From positions 65,846,001 to 65,910,000 of the forward strand of contig NC_086097.1 in the NCBI RefSeq assembly GCF_963921235.1: a stretch of DNA of 64,000 bases. The letters are read 5' to 3'. Source of the DNA: Mobula hypostoma (taxonomy: Eukaryota). The notes below the pieces were generated by a model. It saw only the letters and a program-made list of their open reading frames with translations, did not search any database and had not been told where the DNA came from. The translations under genes were made by a program, and so were the position numbers. Below are positions 37,665-51,083 of this stretch, in pieces (position 1 is the stretch's first letter; every line of letters starts with the position of its first letter).

Positions 37665-38335
37665 TACACTTAGTGGCCACTTTATTAGGCTTACCTATAC
37701 CGCTCATTAATGCAAATATCTAATAATCATGTAATAGTAACTTATTGCATAAAAGCATGCAGGCATATCAAGAGGTTCAGTTTTTGTTCAGACCAAACAT
37801 CAGAATGGGGATGAAGTCTGAACTCAGTGACTTCGACTGTGGGATGATAGCTGGTTCCAGATGGCGTGGTTTGAGTATCTCAGAATCTGCTGATTGCCTA
37901 GGAATTTCACGCACAACAGCCCCTAGAGTTTACAGAGAATGGTACAAGAAACAAAACATATCCACTGAGCAGCAGTCAATCCCATTCCCGATGCCATGTT
38001 GTGTTTATTATTGAGGGATAGTGTGGCGTACACCAGGACCCCAGCATGCAGGATACTTAACTGAACTTTATTGATAACTCTGCTTGTACAGTATGTGAAC
38101 TCCTCCCATGTAGGAGTGGCTAACTGAGTGGCATAGAAGTAACCCTATTAACCACCACTGTCGGTGAAAACACCTTGTTAATGAGAGGTCAGAGAGAATC
38201 ACCAGACTGGATCCAGCTAACAGGAAGGCAGCAGTAATTCAAATGTTACAACAGTGGTCTGCAGAAGAGCACCCCTAAACATACAACACATTGATATTGA
38301 ACATACACTCAGTGTCCATTTTATTTGGCACAGGA
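37665..38335 (+). mobile_element. Tc1-like non-autonomous transposon relic
   Basis: tacacttagtggccactttattagg terminus and HTH remnant ELSDFDCGMIAGSRWRGLSISESADCLGISRTTAPRVYREW. Confidence 0.7.
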
Positions 38336-39569
38336 ATATCTCTATATATGATTATGTTTTTGCTTACAGAAGTGAAATTGAATATTAAAAAAGTATTATT
38401 TGTTACCTCCTATGCAATTCAAACAGGAGGTTTAATTTTTGATAACTAGCATTTTTATCATTTTGATAAATCATAAATTTTCTCTTTAGACCTAGAACCT
38501 GGAGTACTTACATTGATATCTGATTATAGCTTACCAAGCTAATAGTTTGACTCTGTTTCTTCCTGATGTTGTTGTACCAGCTAAGTATTTCTAGCATTTT
38601 CTACTTTAAGTAAATTTAGCAAATTTCAGCTGTCCTTATAATATTAATACCTATTGTTTGTTCATTACAAATGCTTATTTAATTCCAGTGAGGCATCTGA
38701 TGCCTGTGCTTATTGAAAGCAGGGTTTGTGCCAGCTGTCTGACTTGGTAGGTTGTAAATATCGTGTGCAATAATGGCCAGTAGCAAATGCAGTGTGTGGG
38801 TCAGTGCCTGAATGAATGTGCAATACCTGCATTAGTGGGTGACAATATTCAATATTGCAGCTGCTGACAGTGTTCAACAGATATGGAGGATCAGTACTGG
38901 TATTGGTTTATTATTGTCACATGTATTGAGATACAGTGAAAAGCTTTCGTCTGCATGCCATACTGACAAATGCTGCCATACGTAAATACACTGAGGTAGT
39001 TCAAAAAAAACAGATTGCTGAATATGGTGTTGTAGGGAAATAACTAAAAGCAAGGTGGATTGGGAAATTGAGCATTCATATTTTAGCAGATAAGACGTCC
39101 ATTATAGAGTCTAGTACTAGCATGTTAGAACCCCTCCTTGAGTCTAGCAGTAAAAGATTTTGTATCTTCTGCCAAATAGGAGAGGGGAAAAGGGAGAATG
39201 ACAGGGCTGGGAGGAGGTCAAAGTTTTAGTAGGAATCATTGCGTTCTTCCAAGTTTGTTGCTGAAACTTACTTTGAGTCATTTGACACTTGGTTTGTAAA
39301 AATTGTCCGCATTTTACAAGGAGTGCTACACCAGAGAGTGAAGCAATTTATCGTAACTTTGAGCTTTCTTCAAATCTCCAAGTTATTCGTCAATAACCAA
39401 TTACTCTGAGAGACAGGTGTTTTAGGTAGCATTTTCATAGGAGAACAACATAAAGGAGATGGAGGGTTGAATAAGCTCTGAGAAGAGTAAGGAGAATATG
39501 CGGGAGAAGGACTTTCAGTAGATATTCAGATTGTAACTTTTTTAAAACTATGTCTCAGTAAGGAAAATT

Positions 39570-39730
39570 ACAGAAATAATCTGCACCGTCGTGATGATTT
39601 TATGAATAGAATATACCACATATTGCACCCACAACTCCAACTACAGAGCAGGGTACAGGCCACTTTCCCATTGGCTGTGAATGCCCTGATTACTGTGAAC
39701 TTCTGTGCTGGAGCTGGAGATACTTGCACC
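39570..39730 (+). mobile_element. Ancient Harbinger (HARBI1-like) transposase fragment
   Basis: IYHILHPQLQLQSRVQATFPLAVNALITVNFCAGAGDTC resembles the HTH region of HARBI1-like transposases (recalled motif). Confidence 0.45.
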
Positions 39731-39734
39731 TTAA

Positions 39735-40460
39735 TTGCCAGGACACAAAGTGGAATGAACACAGAGGGCACTCATGAAGCCAAATTTCATTGACTTCATA
39801 TACACTGCGTTGTGCATGACACAGGTCAATACAAAAGGGATTACACCAGTGATTAGTTGCCCTTCACCATGCACAATACTGTGTCTCATGAAGGGCAAAA
39901 CGTGGTGTTGCGCTAGCAGTAATAGCACCTTCCTTCTGTAGGAATCAGGTGATAATTGGTGTTTGATGACATGACAAAGAAAATGTTGGCCATTTGGTGA
40001 CATGAGTAATCCTATATAGCTTGCAATTCTGTGAAACAACTAGCATCAATGAGATCATTGTGTGTATTAAATGTCAAAGTCCTTTCGGCAACATGACAGA
40101 GCAAATCATTGGTTTCAAAATTGCTCCAGAAGGGTTCCAAAAGAGTTGGATCTGTGCAATGGTAGGGTCTCAGCTCTTGCTACTAACTGCATCGCAGGCA
40201 GTGATAGAGGAAGAAAAGAAGGTAACATAGAAAATCTTTCTGGACAAGCTGTCCAAGATGAACTATCAGCTTTCACAAGAGACAACGCCATTTCTCTTGT
40301 AGCAGCAATGCCTTTCTTTGTAAAACAGGTGTTAGCCACTATAACATATGCTTGTCCAGATGGCAAAATAAAAGTTTTCAGAAGTATACAGCACTTTTTA
40401 TTACAGTTCACAGTTCCACCAGCAGTTTCAATAATTCAGACTGGCTTCTTACAAATTTGA
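39735..40460 (+). mobile_element. Very old RTE-like LINE RT relic (tentative)
   Basis: Faint motifs in the expected order across frames (KWNEH..FIDF, KELDLCNGRVSA, QQCL). Confidence 0.3.
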
Positions 40461-42058
40461 ACTTGAGCAATAGTCATGAAGAAATAAAATGTAAATTTGA
40501 AATGGTAACTGTTCTTTTCAGTATACTCATTGACAAGTACAAGATTATCTACTCTTGGCCTAATCTTCCACAATTTGATTATAACTCAATACCTTGGTTA
40601 TTACTCACCCTGTGTTCACTTATTGTATTCAAGCTTTAAACAGCTCTGTTTTAAAACAGTGAGACATAATTGTAAACTTATTGAATGCTAACTTTTGGTA
40701 GTGAGTCAACGCAACACAATTCTTACTGGAGTTCTGCCAACCAATGCTGTTTGCGATTCTAGCTTGAGGGTGTAATCCTTTTAAATATTCTATACAGCCA
40801 TTGTTTTTAAATGTACAAAAACATTTTGTATTGGCTTTAGGGGGTTGTTAAGTCCTTGGGGTGGCTAGAGATTATTTCAAAAACTTCTGCTCAGCAACAA
40901 TTTTTGAAAATACAGTGCAGAACTGTTCTTCATTTCATTCTGAGACCCTCGTTGTAGTGTAGTCTTTGTAATGTGATATGTTAAAGGTCTGGCATGTTAA
41001 CTTGTACCTTTGTAAAAGCAAAATAAAGATTGTTAATGTGAAAAGAGAGATACATGGCTTCAATCCTCTTGAGACTTGGCTTAAATCATGCCTTTACCTT
41101 TCTCCCATCTCTTACAGTGGCAATACTATTATAAGCAAAAAAAGAAATTAGTTTCGATGTTTGATGTTCTGAGATTTATGTGATTGGACTGTACTTTATA
41201 TTGATCTCCCTTGTTTTTTTGGTGTTTTCTTTCTTGTGGCCAATTGGCGGGTGGATGTTCTGTTAATTCTTTGTGTGTGAAGGGAAGGAGTTGGGGGTTT
41301 TGATGCTACTATTGGTGTTCTTTTTATGAGTGAGGAGGGTTATTGTCACTGTTTTTTTCTCTGCTGGGGTTGGGGATTTGCGAGTTGTGTTTCTTCTTTT
41401 TCATGCGGGGTGAGTTGACGTATGGCCTTTCTGTATTTCATGGCTATCTGGAGAAGACAAATATCAGAATTGTATTGTACATGCATACTTTACAATAAAA
41501 TGAACCTTTGAATCTTTGAGTTTGAGATGAAACAAATTATTTCAATTTCAAGATGGTATTTTCTAATAGAAGAGTGAAATTTTGAAAACTTCTGTGCAAG
41601 TGTGGACTTTACATATTAATCTCAGTAAAAGTTCAGACAGTCTCTTGAGCATTCAATGGAATGCTTCATTACAAAAGTCAAAATGGTTCTTATCCGATGA
41701 TTCTTTGGCACTTCCATAGAGAGCCTTATAGTATGCAGATTAGATTATGTGAATGTTTTTGCATTCCATTTCATGTGCATTGTTAATTGTTTTTATAGAT
41801 CTAATCTTGATCAGTTCATTTGCTCACTGAACTTCCATTGTGTAACTTGGTACTAATAGGAGAAATAACTACAAGAACACTCTTGAATATTGATGGTCAG
41901 TTTAAGGTATTCTCAACAATGGAAAATGTGCCAGAAAGGGTGAAGGAACTACTAGTGTGAAGCATTATCTTTGTTTGAAATACTGAAGATACTTATATAA
42001 AAAAAACCTTGCTGCAAACAGAAACACTTCCTGAAATTATTTAAAATGATCATTGCTG

Positions 42059-42468
42059 GATGGCGAGTTTCCTATATAGTAGCAGTGACAGGTGGAGATA
42101 CGTCTCTACCAAAGGAAGTGTAAGGTGCTCCTTTCCTCCGCTAGCCCACAGGTCACCCTTGGGCAAAATGTAGCATCTGCTTAAACCCCACTCACCTCCC
42201 CCCCCCCGATGATGATCACATAGAGCCATGGTAGCAGGTGGTGGATGGTCGTGTAAGCAGCTGGTGCACATCACACGTCCAGGTTGTGCGATCACTGACA
42301 TGAGGCAGACAATCTCTGAAGAAAATTAATAATGATCTGTCTTGTAAAGACTGCCTAGAAGGCGGCACTGGCAAACAACTTCTGTAGAAAATTTGCCAAG
42401 AACAATCATGATCAAAAGACCATGATCACCCACGTCATAGGACATGGTACGTAATAATGATGATGATG
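42059..42468 (+). mobile_element. RTE-derived non-autonomous SINE-like element
   Basis: ggcaaacaacttctgtag...ttgccaagaacaatcatg motif typical of RTE/BovB-derived bipartite SINEs, with a (tga)n tail. Confidence 0.5.
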
Positions 42469-44074
42469 AATGTACAAAATACAACAATATTTTTTTTGCT
42501 TTTACAAAGGTTAGAATGTCAGACCTTTAATGTTGGATATCACTATTACTAAGACTAAACTACAGAGTTTAATTTGAAAATAATTATTTTGATATATTCA
42601 AATTGGTAGGAGAGAGCATTTCAAGGTTAATCTGCTGCAGTTTCTGAAGCATTTCTTGAATGAGGTGGTAATCAACCAAGTAGTTTACTACACTTAGGCT
42701 AATATTCTAAAATCTTATAACTCAGCAACTCTGAAAAGATATGTGAATTAAGCAAGCAGCTTCTATATCATATACAGTAGCTCATTGTCAATGTGTGTGA
42801 AGTAAGTCAGAGCTGGTAATTTTTAGACCTGAATTTATTTCACACTAAGTATTGGTGGCAATATTAAACAATTATTTTCCTTTTTGTTGCAGAATGTTTA
42901 TTATATATATTCACAAAGGAAACCAAAATTTTTGTTCTGGACTACTGCTTTTTAAACAAAACATATTCTTCAAATGTCAGCCGATTAAGTTAATGTACTT
43001 TCTGTGATAGGACTGTTTCCTTAAGAAGTTGCAAAGTATTTCCTTGTGACTGAGACTGATTTCAGTAACGAATCGCATAAAAGATAAATCTAAGCATACG
43101 ATGCTGTAATCAGAATATAGTAATATACGGTAGCTGAAAGTTAAAGGAATTATTTGCCTTGGAACAACGGGGCACAGAAAATTCAGGACTGTAAGATTTC
43201 AACATTCATATCAGCATAGTTTTACTACAGGAATTCTGGCAGTGGCGTAATCACATTCACACATTAGTGAAATGGTTCTGGGATTTCATTTTGATTGGAT
43301 TGTGATGTGACTATGTTGGTCTCCTCTGCTGTCATAATAGGAAGCAAATTTGCCCAGGATGTTGTCTAGATCTACTGGTGCAGAACTCACTGCTTAGTGA
43401 TTCCTGATGCTCCCTTTATATAAAAAAAAGAGTACATTTTAAAAGTAAGGAAGAAAAAATTCCAGCACTTTTCAGTTAAAAAAGGCCAAACCCCAAATCT
43501 TATCTGTACCTAGACAGTGGAACCTATGTCTGCAGATTCGGTAGATGTGATTTCCCTTATCATTTATGCCAATAATCTCAAGTTCAAATTCAAGTTCAAT
43601 TTTAGTTTATTGTTATTCAACCATACACATCTATACTGCCAAATGAACCAACAGTCTTCCAGACTAAGGTGTATATCACAGTACATATAACTCACACACA
43701 TAACACATAAAGTAATATTCCCACAAGTAGATTTACAAATAATAAGGTGCATTTATGACACAAGTCAAAAAGTAAACAGTATAACACTAATGGCACTTCA
43801 TGCGTGATGAGACCTGGGTGGTGCCAGGGAGTTCAATAGTCCTATGGCCTGGGGGAAGAAGCTGATTCCCATCCTAACAGTTCTTGTCCTAATGCTACGG
43901 TACCTCCTGACTGATGGTAGTCTCAATAGGACAAGTAAAACCTACTTAGTCCAACAAGCTAGAGCCTGCTTTGCTCATGTCTTAACCGAGCTTAAAACAA
44001 ACCCACTAAACTGCTGTTCGTGTTTGAACAATTCTGAGGCTTTAATATTATAAATATAAATGTAGACTGATACT

Positions 44075-44515
44075 AAGAAAGTAAAGGAGGAGGTAATGTT
44101 GGGTCTCATAAAGAGCTTTAAGTTGGATAAGTCCCCAGGGCCTGATGAAATATACCCCAGGTTATTAAGAGAGGCAAGAGAAGAGATTGCTGTGTCTTTG
44201 TCTAATATCTTTGTATCCTCTCCACCCATGGGTGAGGTGCTGGAGGACTGGCGAGTAGCTAATTCTATTCCATTGTTCACAAAGCAAACCAGAGGTAATC
44301 CTGCAAACTATAGACCTGCAGGTCTCATGTCAGTGGTAGGGAAGTTACCGGAAAGAATTTCTTAGGGGTAGGATTTATGAACATTTGGAAAACCATGGCA
44401 CAGGGAGAGCCAACGTGGCTTTGTGTGGGGCAAGTCAAGTTTCACTAACTTGATTGAGGTTTTTGGATGAGGTGACAAGGGTTACTGATGAAGGTACAGC
44501 TGTGGATTGTTGTAA
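44075..44515 (+). mobile_element. CR1 RT fragment
   Basis: KLDKSPGPDEIYPRLLREA, EDWRVAN, NYRP. Confidence 0.8.
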
Positions 44516-44519
44516 GGGG

Positions 44520-44816
44520 ATTTTATTTTTGTTTTTCTCACCATTCTTTGTAAACTCCAGAGAATGTTGTGCATGAAAATCCCACGAGATCAGCAGTTTC
44601 TGAGATATTCAAACCACCCCGTCTGGCACCAATAATCATTACTTGGTCAAAGTCACTTAGATACATTTCTTTCCAATTCTGAACAACAACTGAACCTCTT
44701 TCCCTTGCCTGCATGCTTTTATGTATTGAATTGCTACCACATGATTAACTGATTAGATATTTGCAATAACAAACAGGTTATACAGATGTATCTAATAAAG
44801 TGGCCACTGAGTGTAT
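44520..44816 (-). mobile_element. Tc1-like relic, same family as 37665-38335
   Basis: ctaataaagtggccactgagtgta terminus, with antisense GLNISETADL.GF. Confidence 0.65.
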
Positions 44817-45294
44817 ACATGAATAAAGACTGGCAGGCAATCAAGGTGTAAAAAAAAACAAATAGTGCAAATTAAAAAATGAATCAATAATACTGACATG
44901 AGCTGTAGAATCCATGAAAGTAAATTAATGTACCCCAGCAATTCTGAGCACTGCACCTCTCCAAAAAATCACAGTAAGTTGTAAGTATTAATATAATCTG
45001 GATATAATCAAAAAGGTACCGTAGATTTCATTTGTCAGATCTTGTAGTGTCAATCATGTGAGCAATTCTAAGCAACTAGAAAAGAATAAAAACTATTGTC
45101 TAAAATGTAACCCTGAAAGTGTGCATCCTGGGCATTTAGAACCTGATAATTCTCTGAGAAGACTACCAACCTGGCAAATGAAACTGTGTGTTTGAAGGAA
45201 CAGAGAAGGATAACATGTAAGAGTTACTGGAATCTCACAGTTGTACAGCACAGAAACAAACCTACGCAACCATCAAGCACTCATTTTCACTTAT

Positions 45295-47125
45295 CCAACG
45301 CGATTGTTCTAAACACTGGTGCTCCACAAGGCTGCGTCCTCAGCCCCCTACTCTACTCTCTCTACACTCACGAATGTGTGACCAGATTCTGCTCCAACAT
45401 CTAAAAGTTCACAGATGATACCTCTGTAGTGGGCCACATCTCAAGAAATGATGAGTCAGAGTACAGGAAGGAGATAGAGGGCTTAGTGACTTGGTGTCAT
45501 GATAACAACATTTCCCTCAATGTCAATAAAACAAAAGAGCTGGTCATTGACTTTAGAAAGGACACAATGCACATGCAGTATCAACAGTATTGAGGTGTCA
45601 ACATTACCTATAGCCTCTCCTAGTCCAATCAGATTGATACCGAGTCAAGAAAGCTTACCAGTGCTTCTACTTCCTCAGGCATCTAAAGAAATTTGGCATG
45701 TCCTTATAAACTCTTATCAATTTTTGTTGATGCACCATAGAAAGCTTGGTATGGTAACTGCTCTACACTTCACTGCAAGAAACTGCAGAGTTGTGGGCAC
45801 GGATCAGCACATCATGGGAACCAGCTTCTCTAAGGTTCCTCTTGTCCTCACCTATCACCCCATCAGCCTCCATGTCCAGCACATAATTCTTTGGAACTTA
45901 CGCCATCTCCAACAGGATCCCACCACCAAGCACATCTTTCCTCCCTGCCCACACTTTCTGCTTTCCACAGAGATCGTACCCTATGCGACTCACTTGTCCA
46001 TTCATCTCTCCTCACTGATCTCCCTCCTGGCACTTACCCTTACAAGCAGGACAAGTGCTGTACCTGTCTCTACACCACCTCCCTCACTACCATTCAGGGC
46101 CCCAAACAGTCCTTCCAGGTGAAGCAAAACTTCACCTGTGAATCCATTGGAGTCATATACTGTGTTTGGTGCCTCCTGTACATCGGTGATACCTGACATA
46201 GATTGGGAGACTGCTTCGCCAAGCAACTACGCTCTGCTCGCCAGAAGAAGCGGGATCTCCCAGTGGCCACTGTTTAATCCCACATCCCATTCCCATCCTG
46301 ATATATAACTCCATGGCTTCCTCTACAGTCACAACAAGACCACACTCAGTTGGAGGAACAACACCTTATATTCTGTCTGGGTAACCTCCAACCTAATGGC
46401 ATCAACATTGATTTCTCAAACTTTGGGTAATGGCCCCACTTCTGCCCCCTCTTCACCATTCCTCATCTCCTTTTCCCTCTCTCACTTATCTCCTTTCCTG
46501 CCCATCGCCTCCTTCTAGTGCTCCTCCCCACTTTTCTGTCCTCTATTAGACTCCCTCTTCTCCAGCCCTGTATCTCTTTCACCAATCAACTTCCCAGCTC
46601 TTTACATCATCCCTGCCCTCCTGGTTTCACCTATCACCTGTGTTTCTCTCCCCCACCCCCACCTTTTAACTCTATTCCTCACCTATTTTTCTCCAGTCCT
46701 GCAGAAGGGTCTCTGCCCGAAATGTCGATTGTACTCTTTTCCATAGATGCTGCCTGGCCTGCTGAGTTCCTCCAGCATTTTGTATATCTTGCTGTAAGGA
46801 CTTTGTCGATACTGCTCACTGTCTCAGTAAAAGAACCAACATAATCAAAGATACCACCCACCCTGGACTTTCACTCTTCTCCCCTGTCCCACTAGGGAAC
46901 TGAAAGCATGTTCCATCAGGCTCAAGGACAGCTTCTATCCCACTGTTGTCAGACTCTTGAATGGACCTCTTGTATGATAAGATGGACTCTTGGCCTCACA
47001 GTCTACCTTGTTATGATCTTGCACTTTATCATTTTCCTGCACTGCAATTTTTGGTAGCTTTTACACCTTATTCTGCATTGTTACTGTTTTACCATATTCT
47101 ATCAGTGTAATGACTTGATCTGTAT
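45295..47125 (+). mobile_element. Degraded Rex1/Babar-like LINE interrupted by a PLE
   Basis: NTGAPQGCVLSPLLYSLYTHECV, KFTDD, KTKELVIDFRK. Resumes after 46795. Confidence 0.75.
45831..46794 (+). mobile_element. Older 5'-truncated PLE
   Basis: VPLVLTYHP, QGPKQSFQV, LYIGDT, and a degenerate hammerhead at ~46693-46731. Confidence 0.85.
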
Positions 47126-49838
47126 AAATCAGAATCGGGATTAATATCACTGGCATGAAATGTCATGAAATGTGTTGTTTTGCATCAGCATTATATTGCA
47201 ACACATAGTAATAAAAACTATAAATTACAGTAAGAGGTACAGTGTATATATAAAAAATAAGTAGTGCAAAAAAGAGGGAAAATAAAATACTGCTGAAGTG
47301 TTCATGGGTTCATTATCCATTCAGAAATCTGGTGGCAGAACGGAAGAAGCAGTACCTGGAACACTGAGCACATGTTTTTGGGCTCCTGTACCACCTCCTT
47401 GATAGTAACAGTGAGAAGAGGGTGATGGGGATCCTTAATGATGGATGCGGCCTTTTCAAAGGATCATCTTTTAACTAGCCCTCGATGCTGGGGAGGATAG
47501 TGCCCATGATGAAACTAACTGAGTTTGCACTTATTGCAGCTTTTTCCGATCCTATACAGTGGCCCCTGCATACCAGACAGTGATGCATCACCGCATGATG
47601 TGAGTAGCTTTGAGTAACAGAGGGTTGTATGACGTCTGGAGAGGACAGAATAAAGGAGGCCATCCAGCAACATATTGCACGATGTGACTTTGTAGAGTCT
47701 TGGAGTTAGGTAGCAGCAAAATGGACCTTTTGGCCCATCAACATTGACCTGCATTAGTTCTGTATCCTTCCATGCCTTGTCTATTTAAGCATCATCTTAA
47801 ATGTTTCTTAAGTGTTGATTATATTTCATTCTACCACCTCATATGACAATGAGTTTTAGATGTTACCATTCTCATTTTAAGAAAAGTTGCCTTCCAAATC
47901 TCCTTTAAAATTCCTTCCTCTCACTTATTAAAGCAGGCTCAAAAAAAGATTTAAGATATTTATAAGGCAAGTTGTTTAAAAGAAAAGTGATAGGAGCCTG
48001 GATTACACTGCAGTGAAGGTGGTGGAAGCAAATATTAAAGCAGTGTTTAAGAAGCATTTAGACAAGCCTGTGAATAGGTAAAGAATAGAGAGATATAGCC
48101 CACGTACAGGGAGATGGGATTAGTTTCCATTAGCGTCTTGCTTCACAACAGACATCATGGCCCTAAAGGCCTGTTCCTGTGCTGTGCTGTTTAATGTTCC
48201 CATCTTAAACCCATGCCTTCTAATTTTTGATAACTTTATCACAGGAAGAAAATTCTATCTACCCTATCCATTAAGCTTATCATTTCTAAGGCCTATTAAA
48301 TCTCTCCCCATAACTTAAGTCTTCTGTTCTAGGCCATGTCTTGAGCAGTTCCTCCAGCATTTTACGTTTTGCTCTTGGATCTAATGTCTTTTTTTGTGTC
48401 TCTAGTCCTTCCTTCCTATAATGTGGTAACCAGAATGGTACATAGTACTTCACTGACCTTTTTTTGCTGTCTGAGTGGAGGTGCTCCTGTTTCCTTTCAC
48501 AACCCATAGTACTGAGTATTCTCACAATCAGTGTTAAACAAGTTAATACACACATGCAACATTCTATAGCTTTGCCATGAAGACCAGTGAACTCGTAGCG
48601 CAATGATAGCTTAATAGTGATAAATGATAAACATAATACTTCCTTCAAGGTGCATCAGCATCTGCAGAATTTCTTCTGTTTACATCTACTAAATGTTTAC
48701 CAATATCAAGAAAGCTTAAGACTCACAGATATTGTTGTTTCAAGGACAAGTAAAGAGTGGATGGAGATGAATGTCTTTCTACCGTGTGCACTGTGAGTTG
48801 AAATCTAAATTACCCCGTGCAGGAAGTGTTCGTTCAAAAACCAAAAGCGCCTCCACTCTATGCTGTCTAACTAATAGTTTGTAAATCAGTATTTTGTAAT
48901 TTTTTAGCTGTCATATTTTGTGCCCTGTACTAATAAAGCAACAATGCCATATATCTGTTTACTCTTGTCAGCCCATATTTGACTTTCCAAAGTGCATAAC
49001 TTTTCATTTGTCAAGTTTAATTTCATCTCCACCCAACTTTCCACCTGATCTATTTCCCATTGTGAACTTCAGCCAACCTTCCCCACTGCCTATTATGCCA
49101 CCAAATGTGTCATTGGCAAACTTACTAGTCATAGCTCCTATGCTTGCATCCACTTCATTAATATATATCATAAGTAAGTATGGGCCCAGCACACAACTAT
49201 GTTGTACACCACTAGTCACAGATTTCTAATCAAAAAGCATCCTTCCACCCTACCCTTCACATCTAATCATGAAGCGACTTTCAGGTTCAAATTCCCCATC
49301 TTACTTTAGGTCTTGTGTGCCGTAACCTTCTGAGCCAGCCTACCATTTGGGACTTAGCATATGCCTTACTAAAGTCCATTGAGACCATGCCTACAGTGCT
49401 ATCTTCAACAACCAACAAAAAGACCAGCAGTATTTGAGCTGAAGCAGAAGTATTGTTTTGCAATTGAAACTCAAACAGGTTTTTTTAATATTGATACAAA
49501 GGAAAGTTTATATTGTCGAGCTAATGACATTTAAATGATTAATTTTGATTAATTTACTCAAGATTTCCAAGTTTGTTTTTGGTAATTCAAAAATGCAGCA
49601 TATTTTATAAGAAAGTAAGTCTTCAGTAAAATCGAGTGTATTTTTTTTAAATTACGTGGTAGAAGCTGAATGAATTGATTTATCCATCAAACATTTATGT
49701 ATTCAACACAGGATATTAAAATTGGTTACTATAAGATATTGGGAACTATATACCTCTGTTGATCATTTTAATGTAATTAATAGGTTCCAGAAATGCTTCA
49801 CCATCTATAAGCTAATATGTTGCTTTATTTGTTTGTAG

Positions 49839-49946
49839 TGTAGATGGTTGGAGGAGGAGCTACATCTTTTGAAAGAGCAGAACCAGTCATTGGCTAATAA
49901 CACAAGACAGCTGAGTACTGAAAACAATCAAGAATGTGCCTTGAAG
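49839..49946 (+). CDS. MIPOL1: Internal coding exon of MIPOL1 (mirror-image polydactyly 1, coiled-coil protein)
   Basis: Acceptor ttgtttgtag and donor aag|gtaaat, 108 bp, phase 0-0. CRWLEEELHLLKEQNQSLANNTRQLSTENNQECALK aligns without gaps to the human MIPOL1 segment as I recall it (CKRLEQELHHVKEQNQTSANNMRHLTAENNQERALK). Confidence 0.85.
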
Positions 49947-51041
49947 GTAAATCTTTTGCACACTCTGAGTGAAGTTTGGGTTAACCCACAGGTGTCATCC
50001 TGTCCTTTTGATATCTATTGTTTACATTTCAGCACTAGTACATTTGTCAACAGCCTCTTCTTTAAACAAGGAGTGCAGTACGTTTTTTGGGGGTTTTCAT
50101 GTCCCCTAAAAATTTTTTATAGAATGTTAAATTGGAAAATAGATTAAACTTCACAGTGTCAACATCTGATCAATCTTTTGATATCTTTTCTAGGTATATA
50201 TTTTGTGATTATTTTGAATTAAACATTGTATTCAAATACCAGAACGTTCAAATTTAACTTCATTGTTTAACAGATGCTAATTTTATAATTAGCATCCATT
50301 TTCTAAAATTTATGCTTTTTTGTGTAGTGACTTGGCATTGATGCACTGATACATATGGTCATAAGGTGAACTGAAGAATTAAAAATTCTGGAGCTCTAAA
50401 AACAACCTCTTCCTGGTTTTATCTGGAGTATAAAACCAGATACTTGAAGTATAGCTACTATTTGAAGCAAAAGCTACTATTCACTCACTGGAAACAATAC
50501 ATGTTTTTGCACAAAAATAATTTAACGATTTATAGATCGGACTGACCTCTACCTTGTTGAGAGCAGGAGGCAGTCTCAGACAAAGGAGATGCTATTGTAG
50601 TGTGGTGCACTGACCTCTACTTTGCTGAGACCAGGCAGCACTCTCAGACACCTCCTCATACCTATCCCCTGAAGAAGAGCCCCACTCCAAACCATCAGAA
50701 AACTGTCTCCGACACCATCACCGACTGCATCAACTCTGGGGAGCTCCCATCCACTGCCAGCAAACTCATAGCTTCCTTATCCTGCACTGCTTACTTCTAC
50801 CCCTTGCTCAAGATCCACAAACCTGACTGTCCGGGTAGGCCTATCGTCTCTGCCTGCTTCTGACCCACTGAACTTGTGTTCTCATAGCTCAACTCCCATT
50901 CTATCCCCCTTGGTTCAGCCCCTTCCCACCTACCTCCACAAAACTTCTCATGCTCTTGATCTCCTCACTTCAAATTTTAGCAACATACATCAAAGTTGCT
51001 GGTGAACACAGCAGGCCAAGCAGCATCTATAGGAAGAGGCG

Positions 51042-51083
51042 CAGTCGACGTTTCAGGCCGAGACCCTTCGTCAGGACTAACTG
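51042..51083 (-). ncRNA. Minimal hammerhead ribozyme
   Basis: Reverse complement is identical to 1884-1925. Confidence 0.85.

Noticed and set aside
40071..40460. 129-aa ORF as a novel gene
   Set aside because: No recognisable domain or clear splice context; more likely a decayed LINE relic.
5503..46799. taagg after two PLE 3' ends (5503 and 46795) as a specific target site
   Set aside because: Only two cases, a short motif, and absent at the other PLE junctions.
49848..50147. 99-aa ORF as a standalone gene
   Set aside because: Similarity stops at the GT donor at 49947; the rest is intron read-through.
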